64,000 nt of DNA from Candidatus Latescibacterota bacterium (GTDB lineage: Bacteria > Latescibacterota > UBA2968). Both the position numbers and the translations under genes were made by a program. The notes beneath the pieces were generated by a model. That model worked only from the letters and a program-made list of their open reading frames with translations, searched no databases and was not told the origin of the DNA. The stretch is from the NCBI GenBank assembly GCA_965208125.1, contig OZ242320.1:1440001-1504000 (forward strand), written 5' to 3'. The first letter of the stretch is position 1, and each line of letters opens with the position of its first letter. Of this stretch, positions 29,327-39,906 are shown one piece after another.

Positions 29327-29348
29327 ATTGCAAAATCTTGAGGACATT

Positions 29349-30701
29349 ATGGCATTGAAAAAAATTAAACAAGGGCTCGACCTTCCCATCAGCGGCGTAC
29401 CCGATCAATCCACAATACAAAATGGCGAGCCCGTCCAAACTGTGGCACTCCTGGGTGAAGATTATGTGGGCATGCGTCCCACAATAGTGGCGCAAGTGGG
29501 AGACCGCGTCAAACTCGGCGACGTATTGTTTACCGACAAAAAAATGGAAGGTGTTCTTTACACCTCACCCGGTGCAGGCGAGGTAATTGCCATAAACCGG
29601 GGGGCAAAACGCGCCTTCTTATCAACGGTCATCCGCCTGGAAGGCAACGATGAAATCACCTTTGAATCTCATCGAGAAGATGAAATCGACAACCTGGACC
29701 GGGAAATAGTCAAAGAACAACTCATCGCATCGGGACAGTGGACCGCCATGAGAGCGCGGCCATTTGGCAAAGTAGCCGATCCCGCGACAGAACCCCGATC
29801 CATCTTTGTCAACGCCATGGACACCAATCCCCTATCCCCGGACATGGCGCGTGTATTAGCTGGACAGGAAAGAAATTTCGCATTGGGTTTGAAAATCGTC
29901 TCAAAACTCGTGGATGGTACGATTTTTCTCTGCAGAGACCCCGACTTAGACCTGCCCGAAATCGACGACGACCGCATCCAGGTCGAAGAATTTACCGGAC
30001 CGCACCCTGCCGGATTGGTCGGCACGCACATCCACTTCTTAGACCCCGTACACCGCAACAAAACAGTCTGGCATATCGGCCTACAGGATGTCATAGCATG
30101 GGGGCATCTGTTCACAACCGGGCGGATAATGACCGAACGCATAGTCGCTCTGGCCGGACCAACAGTAAAACACCCCAAACTGATCCGCACTCGGATGGGC
30201 GCTTCAATAATGGATCTCGTAGAAGGCGAACTCGAAAACGTCGAAAATCGGGTCATCAGCGGCTCTGTCCTCTCCGGGCGCAAAGCAGATGAAACCCGCG
30301 CCTTTTTGGGGCGATATCACCAGCAGATCACCGCACTGGAAGAAGGCAACAAACGCGCCTTTTTGGGCTGGATCACGCCGGGATTCGAATTTTTCACCAT
30401 CAAGAACCTGGCACTGTCCAAAATGTTCTTCGGCCAACGCCTCAAATTAAACACCTCCACCAATGGCAGCCATCGCGCACTCGTGCCGCATGGCAATTAC
30501 GACGACGTCATGCCGCTGGACATCTTGCCCAACTTTTTGATTCGGGCACTCGTGACCCGCGACCTCGACGACGCCGAAAAACTCGGCATACTGGAATTGG
30601 AGGAAGAAGACCTATCACTATGCACATTCTCGTGCTCGTCAAAAATGGATTTTGGACCTATTCTGCGCGAAAATCTCACCGAAATTGAAAAGGAAGGATA
30701 G
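29349..30701 (+). CDS. nqrA: Na+-NQR subunit A
   Basis: [45 protein letters not shown]. Confidence 0.97.
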   Translation: MALKKIKQGLDLPISGVPDQSTIQNGEPVQTVALLGEDYVGMRPTIVAQVGDRVKLGDVLFTDKKMEGVLYTSPGAGEVIAINRGAKRAFLSTVIRLEGNDEITFESHREDEIDNLDREIVKEQLIASGQWTAMRARPFGKVADPATEPRSIFVNAMDTNPLSPDMARVLAGQERNFALGLKIVSKLVDGTIFLCRDPDLDLPEIDDDRIQVEEFTGPHPAGLVGTHIHFLDPVHRNKTVWHIGLQDVIAWGHLFTTGRIMTERIVALAGPTVKHPKLIRTRMGASIMDLVEGELENVENRVISGSVLSGRKADETRAFLGRYHQQITALEEGNKRAFLGWITPGFEFFTIKNLALSKMFFGQRLKLNTSTNGSHRALVPHGNYDDVMPLDILPNFLIRALVTRDLDDAEKLGILELEEEDLSLCTFSCSSKMDFGPILRENLTEIEKEG

Positions 30702-31900
30702 TGAAGCCCTTACGCGACTTATTGGACAAACAGGCAGAGCACTTCGAAGAAGGCGGCAAACTCGAAAAACTATATCCGTTTTACGAAGCCGGGGATACAT
30801 TCCTGTACACCCCCGGCGAAGTCACCCAGGCCGATGCACATGTGCGCGACGGCATGGACCTGAAGCGCATGATGATCACAGTCGTACTCTCGCTACAACC
30901 CTGTATTTTATTTGCCCTTTACAATACGGGCTTGCAAGCGAGCCTGGCCTATCAAAATATCGGTGCAATCGGCACTGGGGATTGGCACGTCTATCTCGCC
31001 CAGGCACTGGGCTTGTCCTTCCTGCCTTCCGATATACTCAGTTGTTTTGCGATTGGCGCCATTTATTTTGTACCCGTACAACTCGTAACCGTGGCCGCAG
31101 GCGGCATCTGTGAAGCCATCTTTGCAGTCATTCGCAAACACGAGATCAACGAGGGATTTCTCGTCACCAGCACGCTATTTCCCCTCACAATGCCGCCCCT
31201 GATACCCCTGTGGCAAGTTGCCATAGGCATCATCTTTGGCGTCGTAATAGGCAAAGAAATTTTCGGCGGCGTGGGAATGAACTTCTTAAATCCCGCGCTC
31301 ACGGGCCGCGCATTTCTCTATTTTGCCTATCCCGCGCAAATCTCGGGCGATGCAGTCTGGATCGCCGTCGATGGATACAGTCAGGCAACGCCATTGGCGG
31401 CCTATGCCGATACCCATATCCAGTTGGACTACACCTGGTGGGAGTCCTTTATCGGTCTGATTCCGGGATCCATGGGAGAAACCTCAACGCTTTGCTGTTT
31501 ATTGGGCGCAGGCGTTCTAATTCTCACACGCGTTGGCTCCTGGCAAATCATGGCCGGCGTAACCATCGGCATGATTGTATCTGCACTATTCTTCAACTGG
31601 ATCGGCAGCACCACCAATCCACTGCTCAACGTATCTCCAGCCTGGCATTTTGTCATCGGCGGCTTTGCATTTGGCACAGTATTTATGGCAACCGATCCGG
31701 TCAGCGCGGCCATGACGCGCCAGGGCAAATGGGTCTATGGCATTTTAATAGGCATCATGACAGTATTGATCCGCGTGACCAACCCGGCCTATCCCGAAGG
31801 CATCATGCTGGCCATATTATTCGCCAACGTATTCGCGCCCATCATCGACCGCGTCTTTATCGACCGCAATATCCAAAGGAGACTGGCCCGTGCAGAATGA
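30701..31900 (+). CDS. nqrB: Na+-NQR subunit B
   Basis: [52 protein letters not shown]. Confidence 0.97.
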   Translation: MKPLRDLLDKQAEHFEEGGKLEKLYPFYEAGDTFLYTPGEVTQADAHVRDGMDLKRMMITVVLSLQPCILFALYNTGLQASLAYQNIGAIGTGDWHVYLAQALGLSFLPSDILSCFAIGAIYFVPVQLVTVAAGGICEAIFAVIRKHEINEGFLVTSTLFPLTMPPLIPLWQVAIGIIFGVVIGKEIFGGVGMNFLNPALTGRAFLYFAYPAQISGDAVWIAVDGYSQATPLAAYADTHIQLDYTWWESFIGLIPGSMGETSTLCCLLGAGVLILTRVGSWQIMAGVTIGMIVSALFFNWIGSTTNPLLNVSPAWHFVIGGFAFGTVFMATDPVSAAMTRQGKWVYGILIGIMTVLIRVTNPAYPEGIMLAILFANVFAPIIDRVFIDRNIQRRLARAE

Positions 31901-32687
31901 CAGCATCCAAAAAACGATCTTTGTTGCGGTGGCCCTTTGTCTCGTCTGTTCTCTTTTTGTCTCACTATTTGCGGTATCCTTACACGATATTCAAAAAGAA
32001 AACAAACGCCTCGACAAGGTAAAAAATATTCTAATTGCGGGTGGGCTATACGACCCCTCGGTCGATGTCCAGTCCGTTTACGAAAATAAAGTCGTACCAC
32101 TGCTTATTGAACTGGACACCGGGCAGATCTTGAACAGCGAAGAATATCCCGATGGCATCGACGTAGATACGTATGACTTAAAAAAAATGGCCGCCGACCC
32201 CACTCTTGGGCGTTCTATTGACTCTGATAGAGACATTGCAAATATTCGCAACCGTCCCAAATATATCTTCGTTTATAAAGTGATGGAAAACGACAAATTG
32301 CAGCGCATTATCTTGCCCATCTACGGCTATGGCCTCTGGTCCACGCTCTACGGTTTTGTATCTCTGAGCAATGACCTGCAAAGCATTCAGGGCATCACAT
32401 TTTACGAACACGGCGAAACCCCGGGATTGGGTGGCGAGGTAGATAACGCCAGATGGAAGGGCTTGTGGCCGGGCAAACAGGCTTATGACGACGCGGGCAA
32501 TGTCGCCATCTCTGTAATCAAAGGCCAGGTAAATCCCAAAAGTGAAAAAGCAAAATACCAGGTCGATGGCCTCTCGGGTGCGACCATCACCACGCGGGGA
32601 TTAGACAGCATGCTCAAGTACTGGTTGGGCAACGAAGGATACGGTCGATTTTTAGACACGCTAAAACAAGGAGGTGCTCGTGGCTGA
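31890..32687 (+). CDS. nqrC: Na+-NQR subunit C
   Basis: [22 protein letters not shown] site [10 protein letters not shown]. Confidence 0.97.
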   Translation: MQNDSIQKTIFVAVALCLVCSLFVSLFAVSLHDIQKENKRLDKVKNILIAGGLYDPSVDVQSVYENKVVPLLIELDTGQILNSEEYPDGIDVDTYDLKKMAADPTLGRSIDSDRDIANIRNRPKYIFVYKVMENDKLQRIILPIYGYGLWSTLYGFVSLSNDLQSIQGITFYEHGETPGLGGEVDNARWKGLWPGKQAYDDAGNVAISVIKGQVNPKSEKAKYQVDGLSGATITTRGLDSMLKYWLGNEGYGRFLDTLKQGGARG

Positions 32688-33363
32688 AGTAATCGAAAGG
32701 GAAGAACAAGCGCCAGAAGTGCCACCATCTCCGTCTCTGACGGCGAAAGAAGCCAAAAGCCTGGTATGGACGCCCATCTTTGATGACAACCCCATCGGGC
32801 GTCAGGTATTGGGAGTCTGTTCGGCACTCGCGGTGACCACAAAGCTGGAGACCTCAATCGTCATGTCTTTGGCGGTCATCTTTGTTATAACGCTTTCCAA
32901 TATATCGGTAAGCCTGATCAGAAATCACATTCCATCCAGCGTGCGCATCATCGTTCAAATGACCATTATTGCCTCGCTTGTGATTATCGCCGACCAGGCT
33001 ATTCAGGCATTTGCTTACAACATATCCAAGCAATTGTCGATCTTTGTCGGACTGATCATTACCAACTGCATCATCATGGGACGCGCCGAAGGATTTGCAA
33101 TGAAAAATCCGCCCACGCACAGCTTATTAGATGGTCTGGGAAATGGATTGGGTTACAGCACCATCTTAATTGTGGTGGGATTTTTCCGCGAACTTCTGGG
33201 ATCGGGTAAACTTCTGGGCGTTGACATTTTGCCACTCGTCACCGAAGGCGGCTGGTACATGCCCAACGGCTTGATGTTATTATCGCCGAGTGCGTTTTTC
33301 TTAATCGGGTTCTTCATCTGGGTTGTGCGCGCGTGGAAACCCGAGCAAGTGGAAGAGGATTAA
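32680..33363 (+). CDS. nqrD: Na+-NQR subunit D
   Basis: GTG start after [31 protein letters not shown]. Confidence 0.97.
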   Translation: MAEVIEREEQAPEVPPSPSLTAKEAKSLVWTPIFDDNPIGRQVLGVCSALAVTTKLETSIVMSLAVIFVITLSNISVSLIRNHIPSSVRIIVQMTIIASLVIIADQAIQAFAYNISKQLSIFVGLIITNCIIMGRAEGFAMKNPPTHSLLDGLGNGLGYSTILIVVGFFRELLGSGKLLGVDILPLVTEGGWYMPNGLMLLSPSAFFLIGFFIWVVRAWKPEQVEED

Positions 33364-33364
33364 A

Positions 33365-33976
33365 ATGGCCGAACACTATATCAGCTTATTTGTCAAAGCC
33401 GTTTTTGTCGAAAATATGGCCCTCGCTTTCTTTTTGGGCATGTGTACATACCTCGCCGTCTCCAAACAGGTGACAACCGCTGTGGGCCTGGGCATTGCGG
33501 TGATTGTGGTGCAGACGATTACAGTGCCGATCAACAACCTCATTTTTACCCATGTCCTGACCGAAGGCGCGCTCGCCTGGGCGGGTTTGCCAAATGTAGA
33601 TCTCACATTTTTGGGCCTGGTCACATATATCGGCGTCATCGCCGCAATGATTCAAATTCTGGAAATGGTACTGGACAAATACGTGCCCACTCTGTACAAC
33701 GCCCTGGGCATATTCTTGCCCCTGATCACAGTGAACTGCGCGATCTTAGGCGGTTCCCTGCTCATGGTCGAACGCGACTTTAATTTTTCAGAAAGCGTGG
33801 TCTTTGGACTCGGCAGTGGCACGGGTTGGGCACTCGCCATAGTCGGACTGGCGGGCATACGCGAAAAAATGAAATACAGCAATGTGCCACCTGCACTGCG
33901 CGGGCTGGGCATCACGTTTATGACCGTGGGATTGATGGCAATGGCATTTATGCTCTTTTCGGGGATTCAACTTTAG
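33365..33976 (+). CDS. nqrE: Na+-NQR subunit E
   Basis: [31 protein letters not shown]. Confidence 0.97.
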   Translation: MAEHYISLFVKAVFVENMALAFFLGMCTYLAVSKQVTTAVGLGIAVIVVQTITVPINNLIFTHVLTEGALAWAGLPNVDLTFLGLVTYIGVIAAMIQILEMVLDKYVPTLYNALGIFLPLITVNCAILGGSLLMVERDFNFSESVVFGLGSGTGWALAIVGLAGIREKMKYSNVPPALRGLGITFMTVGLMAMAFMLFSGIQL

Positions 33977-33999
33977 ATCCAGGCAAGCGTGGAGATAAT

Positions 34000-35250
34000 A
34001 TGGAAGACGTAAGGCTAATTTTACTCGGTGTAGGAATGTTTACTACCATGGTGCTGATGCTGGTAGCGGTCATACTCATTGCCAGATCGCGATTGGTTGC
34101 CTCAGGGCAGGCTCACATCACCATCAACGAGGACCCGGACCACAGCATTGCTGTTCCCATAGGCGGCAAATTGCTCAACACATTGGCCGACAATAGAATT
34201 TTTGTATCCTCCGCCTGTGGGGGAGGCGGCACCTGTGGACAGTGTAAAGTGACGATCAACGACGGGGGAGGCGATATCTTAGCCACCGAGCGATCGCACA
34301 TCAACCGCAAAGAAGCGCGTGAAGGGTGTCGGCTTTCGTGTCAAGTCACGGTAAAGGGCGATATGGACATCGAAGTACCCGCCGAAGTATTTAGCATCAA
34401 AAAGTGGGACTGCAAAGTAATCTCAAATTACAATGTCGCCACATTCATCAAAGAACTCGTCCTCGAACTGCCCCCAGGGGAAGACGTCGGGTTCCGAGCT
34501 GGTGGATTTATTCAAATCGAATGCCCGCCCCACACCGTTGACTACCGCAACTTCGACATCAAAGCCGACGACGGTGAAGACCGCTTCAGAAGCACCTGGG
34601 ATCACTTCAACGTATGGGACAATATCTCGGTAGTAGATGAACCCGTCTTCCGCGCGTACTCAATGGCGAATTATCCCGAAGAAAAAGGGATCATCATGCT
34701 CAACATCCGCGTGGCGTCCCCCCCTCCGGGCACAACGGGCATTCCGCCGGGCAAAATGTCGTCGTGGACTTTTGATCTAAAACCCGGCGATGATGTAACC
34801 ATCTCGGGACCCTATGGCGAATTCTTCGCCAAAGAAACAGATGCCGAAATGATCTTCATCGGTGGCGGCGCGGGCATGGCCCCGATGCGGTCGCACATCT
34901 TCGATCAATTCAAACGCATAGGAACAGACCGCAAAGTAACCTTCTGGTATGGCGCGCGCAGCCTGAATGAAATGTTTTACGTCGATGACTTTGACGGATT
35001 GCAGAGCGACTACGATAATTTCACCTGGCATGTGGCACTATCCGACCCCATGCCGGAAGACAACTGGACGGGCCTAACTGGCTTTATTCACCAGGTCCTC
35101 TACGACGAGTACTTAAAAGATCATCCAGCCCCCGAAGATTGTGAATATTATATCTGCGGTCCCCCGCTGATGTTAGTTGCATGTATGGATATGCTGGACG
35201 ATATGGGTGTGGAACCCGAAAATATCTTATTCGACGACTTTGGCGGGTAA
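34000..35250 (+). CDS. nqrF: Na+-NQR subunit F
   Basis: [33 protein letters not shown], ends FDDFGG. Confidence 0.97.
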   Translation: MEDVRLILLGVGMFTTMVLMLVAVILIARSRLVASGQAHITINEDPDHSIAVPIGGKLLNTLADNRIFVSSACGGGGTCGQCKVTINDGGGDILATERSHINRKEAREGCRLSCQVTVKGDMDIEVPAEVFSIKKWDCKVISNYNVATFIKELVLELPPGEDVGFRAGGFIQIECPPHTVDYRNFDIKADDGEDRFRSTWDHFNVWDNISVVDEPVFRAYSMANYPEEKGIIMLNIRVASPPPGTTGIPPGKMSSWTFDLKPGDDVTISGPYGEFFAKETDAEMIFIGGGAGMAPMRSHIFDQFKRIGTDRKVTFWYGARSLNEMFYVDDFDGLQSDYDNFTWHVALSDPMPEDNWTGLTGFIHQVLYDEYLKDHPAPEDCEYYICGPPLMLVACMDMLDDMGVEPENILFDDFGG

Positions 35251-35281
35251 TCGGGACCAGACCAGTTCATTAAAAGTACAT

Positions 35282-35321
35282 AAAAAAAGTCTTCGGTTAC
35301 TGGTGAACCGAAGACTTTTTT
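35282..35321. terminator. Bidirectional intrinsic terminator
   Basis: AAAAAAAGTCTTCGGTT-loop-AACCGAAGACTTTTTT. Confidence 0.85.
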
Positions 35322-35356
35322 GTCGGGTAGTTCTTCAGACACATCAACCTCCTGTA

Positions 35357-35800
35357 TTACGATGCCCGCCAATCCAGCGTGACAAAATCCTTGTATATCA
35401 TCACTTCTTCCTCAGCAGATTCCAACTTGGCTTTAACAATATCGCCAATCGACACAATGCCAGCAAGACGACCCACCTCATCAACAATCGGCATGTGCCG
35501 GAATCGCCCCTCGGTCATCTCTGCCATCACATATTCAATATCGCAATCCGGATTGCTCGTAACGAGATCGCGCGTCATCACATCCTCAACGTGCACAGCC
35601 TGCAAATCCGCACCATTATACACCACGCGCATCAAATCGCGCTCAGTGATAATACCGAGCAAATCTCCTGCTCGATTCTGCACGACAAGCGCACCCACGC
35701 TATTTTGAATCAGCGTAGCCAGTACCACATCCAATGTGTGATAAGGTCCAATCGTAATCACGCGGCGACCTTTTTGGTCGAGAATATCTTGAATGGTCAT
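35357..35800 (-). CDS. CBS-domain pair protein
   Basis: VGALVV, GIITERD, FRHMPIV, GIVSIGDIVK. The second ATG is best spaced from GGAGG. Confidence 0.9.
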   Translation of the reverse strand: MTIQDILDQKGRRVITIGPYHTLDVVLATLIQNSVGALVVQNRAGDLLGIITERDLMRVVYNGADLQAVHVEDVMTRDLVTSNPDCDIEYVMAEMTEGRFRHMPIVDEVGRLAGIVSIGDIVKAKLESAEEEVMIYKDFVTLDWRAS

Positions 35801-36089
35801 AATCATACCTCCATGAGTTCGGGGAAAAGTTTCATGGGTTCAAGAAAAATAAAAAGCGGCCTCGATCAAAAGTGATTCACAGTATGACTTCCCATCGGAG
35901 CCGCATAAATTCGTTGGTGGCATGGCCCTCCTCCTTGTGTGTGCGTTAGTTGTCATGACCCGCCTAAAAGCACAGGCTGTATGCCGATAAATCTCCACCA
36001 AATATTTTATTGCACCCCAGCTACGAATCGGGTATGGGCAACACAGTCAACCTCCTTATTAGATTGTCGGATTATCCGCCATTTTGGAG

Positions 36090-36118
36090 AATATAAAGAG
36101 ATCAAAACGCCATGTCAA
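36090..36118 (-). promoter_or_regulatory. sigma70-type promoter driving a long leader toward the CBS gene
   Basis: TTGACA-17 nt-TATATT on minus. Confidence 0.6.
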
Positions 36119-36331
36119 ATAGTTTAATAATACTTGTATAAACCATTGAAATTATTTATATTTACAGTACGATCGAATTTTAAATTGTATTTTAGAGTGA
36201 AACGATGGGTATAGTGTGCGTATAGGGAAAATATAAGTATTGTTATACAATTCCCTATTCCCATTCAGAACCACTAATACCTGAGATAGAGACATAGCTT
36301 TCAACACGACATTTGGAGCCTGTGACGGAAC

Positions 36332-37336
36332 ATGAACAGAATTTGGCGATGGATATTTCCAATCCTGTTAATCGGATGTCAGGATCAGTTGGTGACGATT
36401 TCCGGTTCGACGATGGGAACGACGTTTCAGGTCAAAATCGTCCAAAAAGACCAAACTCTTGACGCGGATGTATTGGACCGAGAAATCAACGCGCGATTGG
36501 AAGAAGTCAATCGCCAGATGTCCACTTATCGGGACAACTCCGAAATCACCCAATTCAACCGCTCGCCTTCAGCAGACTGGTTTGCAGTCTCATCGGACTT
36601 TGCTTATGTTTTACACATCGCGCGTGAAATCAGCACCTGGTCCGATGGCGCGTTTGACGTCACCATTGGCCCCCTGGTCAACCTGTGGGGTTTTGGACCC
36701 AACGCCATCCCCGAGCGCGTACCATCGCCCGACTCAATACAAGCTGCTAAAACACTGATCGGATACGAAAAAATTCACATTGACCTATCTACCCCCGCCA
36801 TAAAAAAAGAACTACCCGAAATCTATTGCGACTTATCCGCAATAGCCAAGGGTTTTGGTGTAGATCGCATAGCGAGTTATCTGGACAGTTTGGACATCAA
36901 TCACTATTTTATCGAAATCGGCGGCGAACTGCGGGCAAAGGGACACAACCACCTCAGACAACTCTGGCGGATAGGCATTGCAAGCCCCGCGGGACAGGGC
37001 GAACTACAAAAAGCACTCGCCCTGAACAACATGTCCATGGCGACATCGGGCGATTACCACAATTATTTTGAACGCGACGGCGTGCGGTATTCCCACACCA
37101 TTGACCCGCGCACAGGACGGCCCATAACGCATGCATTGGCCTCCGTAACAGTACTACACAAAAGCTGTGCCTACGCCGATGGACTGGCCACAGCGATCAA
37201 CGTAATGGGACCGGAAAAAGGATTTGCGTTTGCAGAAAAACACAATCTCGCCGTATTTATGATTGTGCGACAAGGAAATGGATTCGTGGAAAAAATGACG
37301 TCTAATTTCAAAAAGGCGGTAAGAGGTGAGAAGTAA
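36332..37336 (+). CDS. apbE: FAD:protein FMN transferase (lipoprotein)
   Basis: Lipobox LIGC, TMGT, DLSAIAKG, EIGGE, ATSGDY, HTIDPRTG. Confidence 0.95.
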   Translation: MNRIWRWIFPILLIGCQDQLVTISGSTMGTTFQVKIVQKDQTLDADVLDREINARLEEVNRQMSTYRDNSEITQFNRSPSADWFAVSSDFAYVLHIAREISTWSDGAFDVTIGPLVNLWGFGPNAIPERVPSPDSIQAAKTLIGYEKIHIDLSTPAIKKELPEIYCDLSAIAKGFGVDRIASYLDSLDINHYFIEIGGELRAKGHNHLRQLWRIGIASPAGQGELQKALALNNMSMATSGDYHNYFERDGVRYSHTIDPRTGRPITHALASVTVLHKSCAYADGLATAINVMGPEKGFAFAEKHNLAVFMIVRQGNGFVEKMTSNFKKAVRGEK

Positions 37337-37346
37337 GAGGTGAGAA
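37319..37346 (+). repeat. 14-nt tandem duplication GTAAGAGGTGAGAA
   Basis: Two exact copies spanning the apbE stop codon. Confidence 0.8.
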
Positions 37347-37358
37347 GACGTTTATTTT

Positions 37359-37727
37359 TTATACAATAGGAAGAGGCCTGATCCGTATGCTATTTTGGGT
37401 AAAAACAACAATGCTACCATCTTGAAGATCATTGGAAATCGTCGGTAGATTGGCCTGTAAGAGTTTAAATTGTTGCTCTGGATGCCTCTCCGTACCTCTT
37501 CGAAAAAGGATTACAGATGGTTTGATAGTAGTTCTCAATGCGAGTAATGTGCCAAAGTCAGTGTCAGCCGAAATGATGATCCTATCCTCTCTTTGAGCAA
37601 GTCGAAAAATATCTTCATCGGATGCAGATTGCATGTTATATTCGCGGATATGTACAGTATCGTATCCCTCTTCCACGAGTCTTTGAGCCAGCAACGGGGA
37701 AAGCGCATTATCAATGAGAAATCTCAT
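37359..37727 (-). CDS. DUF5615 PIN-like toxin (VapC45-like)
   Basis: [26 protein letters not shown]. Confidence 0.85.
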   Translation of the reverse strand: MRFLIDNALSPLLAQRLVEEGYDTVHIREYNMQSASDEDIFRLAQREDRIIISADTDFGTLLALRTTIKPSVILFRRGTERHPEQQFKLLQANLPTISNDLQDGSIVVFTQNSIRIRPLPIV

Positions 37728-37954
37728 GGTATCATCTGGAGAGGAAGTTCTCGTTCACGCACTGCAACCGCTGCATAAGCGAGTGCTTCGCGTATGTCTT
37801 CGGGTTCGAGGTCGGGATAGAGTCTCAAAATTTCCTCATCAGATGTGTTTGCAGCGACGAGATCAACAATGACAGAAACGGGGATACGAAGACCTCTTAT
37901 ACAGGGCAATCCCCCCATTTGGTCTGCAGAAATAGTGATACGTTGAAATTTCAT
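37724..37954 (-). CDS. DUF433 antitoxin
   Basis: [34 protein letters not shown] overlap with the toxin gene. Confidence 0.9.
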   Translation of the reverse strand: MKFQRITISADQMGGLPCIRGLRIPVSVIVDLVAANTSDEEILRLYPDLEPEDIREALAYAAVAVRERELPLQMIP

Positions 37955-38050
37955 TTTTCATTCCTTTCGAATACTTTTAGCATAGAACACACATAAGTAT
38001 AGCCATCCCACCTTCCGCTTTCAAGCGCAATTTCCATTGTGGACAACAAC

Positions 38051-38275
38051 ATGGAAACCATATTAACAGCGACGATCTTTCTCATCATAGCATTTGCGTT
38101 TATGGCAGGTGCATTGACATTTGCGCAGTACAAGAAAAAGCAGCAGAGTTGTTGTGGCGACGTCTTGGAAACCCATGAACAGGACTTGGACGAGGACTCT
38201 GCTTGCTTTACATGCCCACGTCGCAAAAAAGCGGAAAAAGATCAGAACACCGTCTCCATCGCGGAAAAGGTGTGA
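38051..38275 (+). CDS. NqrM-like Na+-NQR maturation protein
   Basis: Single N-terminal TM helix, then KKKQQSCCG...SACFTC (4 Cys). Lies downstream of apbE. Confidence 0.6.
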   Translation: METILTATIFLIIAFAFMAGALTFAQYKKKQQSCCGDVLETHEQDLDEDSACFTCPRRKKAEKDQNTVSIAEKV

Positions 38276-38278
38276 TAA

Positions 38279-38614
38279 TCAGCTCAATGGAGGATACCAG
38301 TCGAGTTGCCCTCCTTGAACGCGGCAGCGGGTCTCGCAGAGATTGTCATTCCGGTCTTTGTAAATAACCTTCCACTCAATGCGTTTTAATGCCAGCAGAT
38401 CCTGATGCTCATTCACCTGAATCTCCCTTACCACGCGCTCAATACTCACAACCCGCCCTTCAACTTTGTAAACAGATAGGCGAATCTGCGTCACATAGCG
38501 ATTTCGCCAAACAAAATAATAGAGAAAAAATCCAAAAACGAGTGCTGTAAACAGATATGCGATCAGAATAGTTGACACCAAATGTACCTTTCTATTAATT
38601 GAATGGTTGCACAA
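38279..38614 (-). CDS. Small hypothetical membrane-anchored protein
   Basis: TM segment ILIAYLFTALVFGFFLYYFVW followed by a soluble beta-rich part. Start uncertain. Confidence 0.5.
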   Translation of the reverse strand: MCNHSINRKVHLVSTILIAYLFTALVFGFFLYYFVWRNRYVTQIRLSVYKVEGRVVSIERVVREIQVNEHQDLLALKRIEWKVIYKDRNDNLCETRCRVQGGQLDWYPPLS

Positions 38615-38708
38615 TAATAAATAACCCGCCTACAAGATAAGACGCGATGAGATATTTCGCTTGATTTTTTGCGTCAAAAAATATTAAATAAGACAGTTCG
38701 CACATCCC

Positions 38709-38736
38709 CCCATTCGAGCGAACGAATGGGTTTTTT
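38709..38736 (+). terminator. Terminator in the mrp leader
   Basis: CCCATTCG-AGCGAA-CGAATGGG-TTTTTT. Confidence 0.6.
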
Positions 38737-38808
38737 GTGCCTTTCCTATAGGATGGGTGCTAACTGCTGAGGACGGAACCGTCCCCTACGATTTCATCCG
38801 AGGTTTAT

Positions 38809-39285
38809 ATGCGATACATCTTTTTTTTCGTTTTTTCATTCGCCATCTGGCTGCTCTTGTCTGGATATTACGTGATTCATCACACGCTTATTCTCGCAAT
38901 GGGTGTGTTATCCTGCGCTTTTGTCGTTTATCTGGCGGGACGTCTATCTATTGTAGATGAAGAAGGACATCCAATTCATCTGATCTGGGGCCTCGTTTTC
39001 TATATTCCCTGGCTACTCTGGGCCATTATCAAAGCGAATATCGACGTGGCAAAACGCATTTTGAACCCCAGGTTGCCCATTGCCCCGCGCATAGTGCGCG
39101 TAAGCGGAACGCAAAAAAACGATCTTTGTCGCGTTATTTTTGCCAATTCAATAACCCTGACCCCCGGCACCGTATCACTCGACCTGGACGAAGAAGATAT
39201 TGTGGTACATGCCCTGACAGAAGAAGCTGCTAATGATGTACAGAGCGGCGATATGGACCGCCGCGTGACGGCACTGGAGCAATGA
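38809..39285 (+). CDS. mrpE: Mrp Na+/H+ antiporter subunit E
   Basis: ANIDVAKRIL, FANSITLTPGTVS, VHAL. Confidence 0.92.
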   Translation: MRYIFFFVFSFAIWLLLSGYYVIHHTLILAMGVLSCAFVVYLAGRLSIVDEEGHPIHLIWGLVFYIPWLLWAIIKANIDVAKRILNPRLPIAPRIVRVSGTQKNDLCRVIFANSITLTPGTVSLDLDEEDIVVHALTEEAANDVQSGDMDRRVTALEQ

Positions 39286-39286
39286 G

Positions 39287-39577
39287 ATGTTTATTGCGGC
39301 AATGATCGGCATATTGGTCACCATGGCACTGGCACTTTGCCGCGCCCTATTGGGACCAACTGTGTACGATCGCATCCTATCGGTAAATATGTTTGGCACC
39401 AAAACCGTATTATTTATTGCCGTACTCGGATTTTTAACTGGCCGGCCCGATTTTCTGGACCTCGCCCTTATTTATGTATTGATCAACTTTATCGGTACAT
39501 TGGCCGTTCTAAAATTTGTGACCTATAATGACCTGGGTGCCGATCCCGAAGAAGAAAACAGGACGCAAACACCATGA
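39287..39577 (+). CDS. mrpF: Mrp subunit F
   Basis: LLGPTVYDRIL, FIGTLAVLKF. Confidence 0.92.
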   Translation: MFIAAMIGILVTMALALCRALLGPTVYDRILSVNMFGTKTVLFIAVLGFLTGRPDFLDLALIYVLINFIGTLAVLKFVTYNDLGADPEEENRTQTP

Positions 39578-39906
39578 CGATTGTCGATATATTGAGCTGG
39601 ATTTGCCTCATCCCGGGATGTATTCTATGCATGATAGGCGGCCTGGGCCTGTTGCGCTTGCCCGATTTTTACAGCCGCATGCACGGCGGTGGTGTCACCG
39701 ACACACTGGGGGCGAGCCTCGTCTTGCTGGGATTGATGTTTCAGGGCGGTCTGACAATGGTCACAGTGAAACTGGTGATGATTCTGGTGATATTGCTCCT
39801 CACCAGTCCGACATCGACCCACGCAGTGGGCAAAGCGGCATTGACGTCGGGCCTCAAGCCATTTTTAAGAGATCCCGACAACAAAGGGAAAAATGAGCAT
39901 GACTGA
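39574..39906 (+). CDS. mrpG: Mrp subunit G
   Basis: GLLRLPDFYSRMH, TDTLG, TSPTSTH. Confidence 0.92.
   Translation: MTIVDILSWICLIPGCILCMIGGLGLLRLPDFYSRMHGGGVTDTLGASLVLLGLMFQGGLTMVTVKLVMILVILLLTSPTSTHAVGKAALTSGLKPFLRDPDNKGKNEHD

Noticed and set aside
35882-35908. Kazal-like LCGSDGKSY in the 27-aa leader ORF
   Set aside because: Too short, lacks the other cysteines and a signal peptide, and coincides with an RNA stem. Probably chance.
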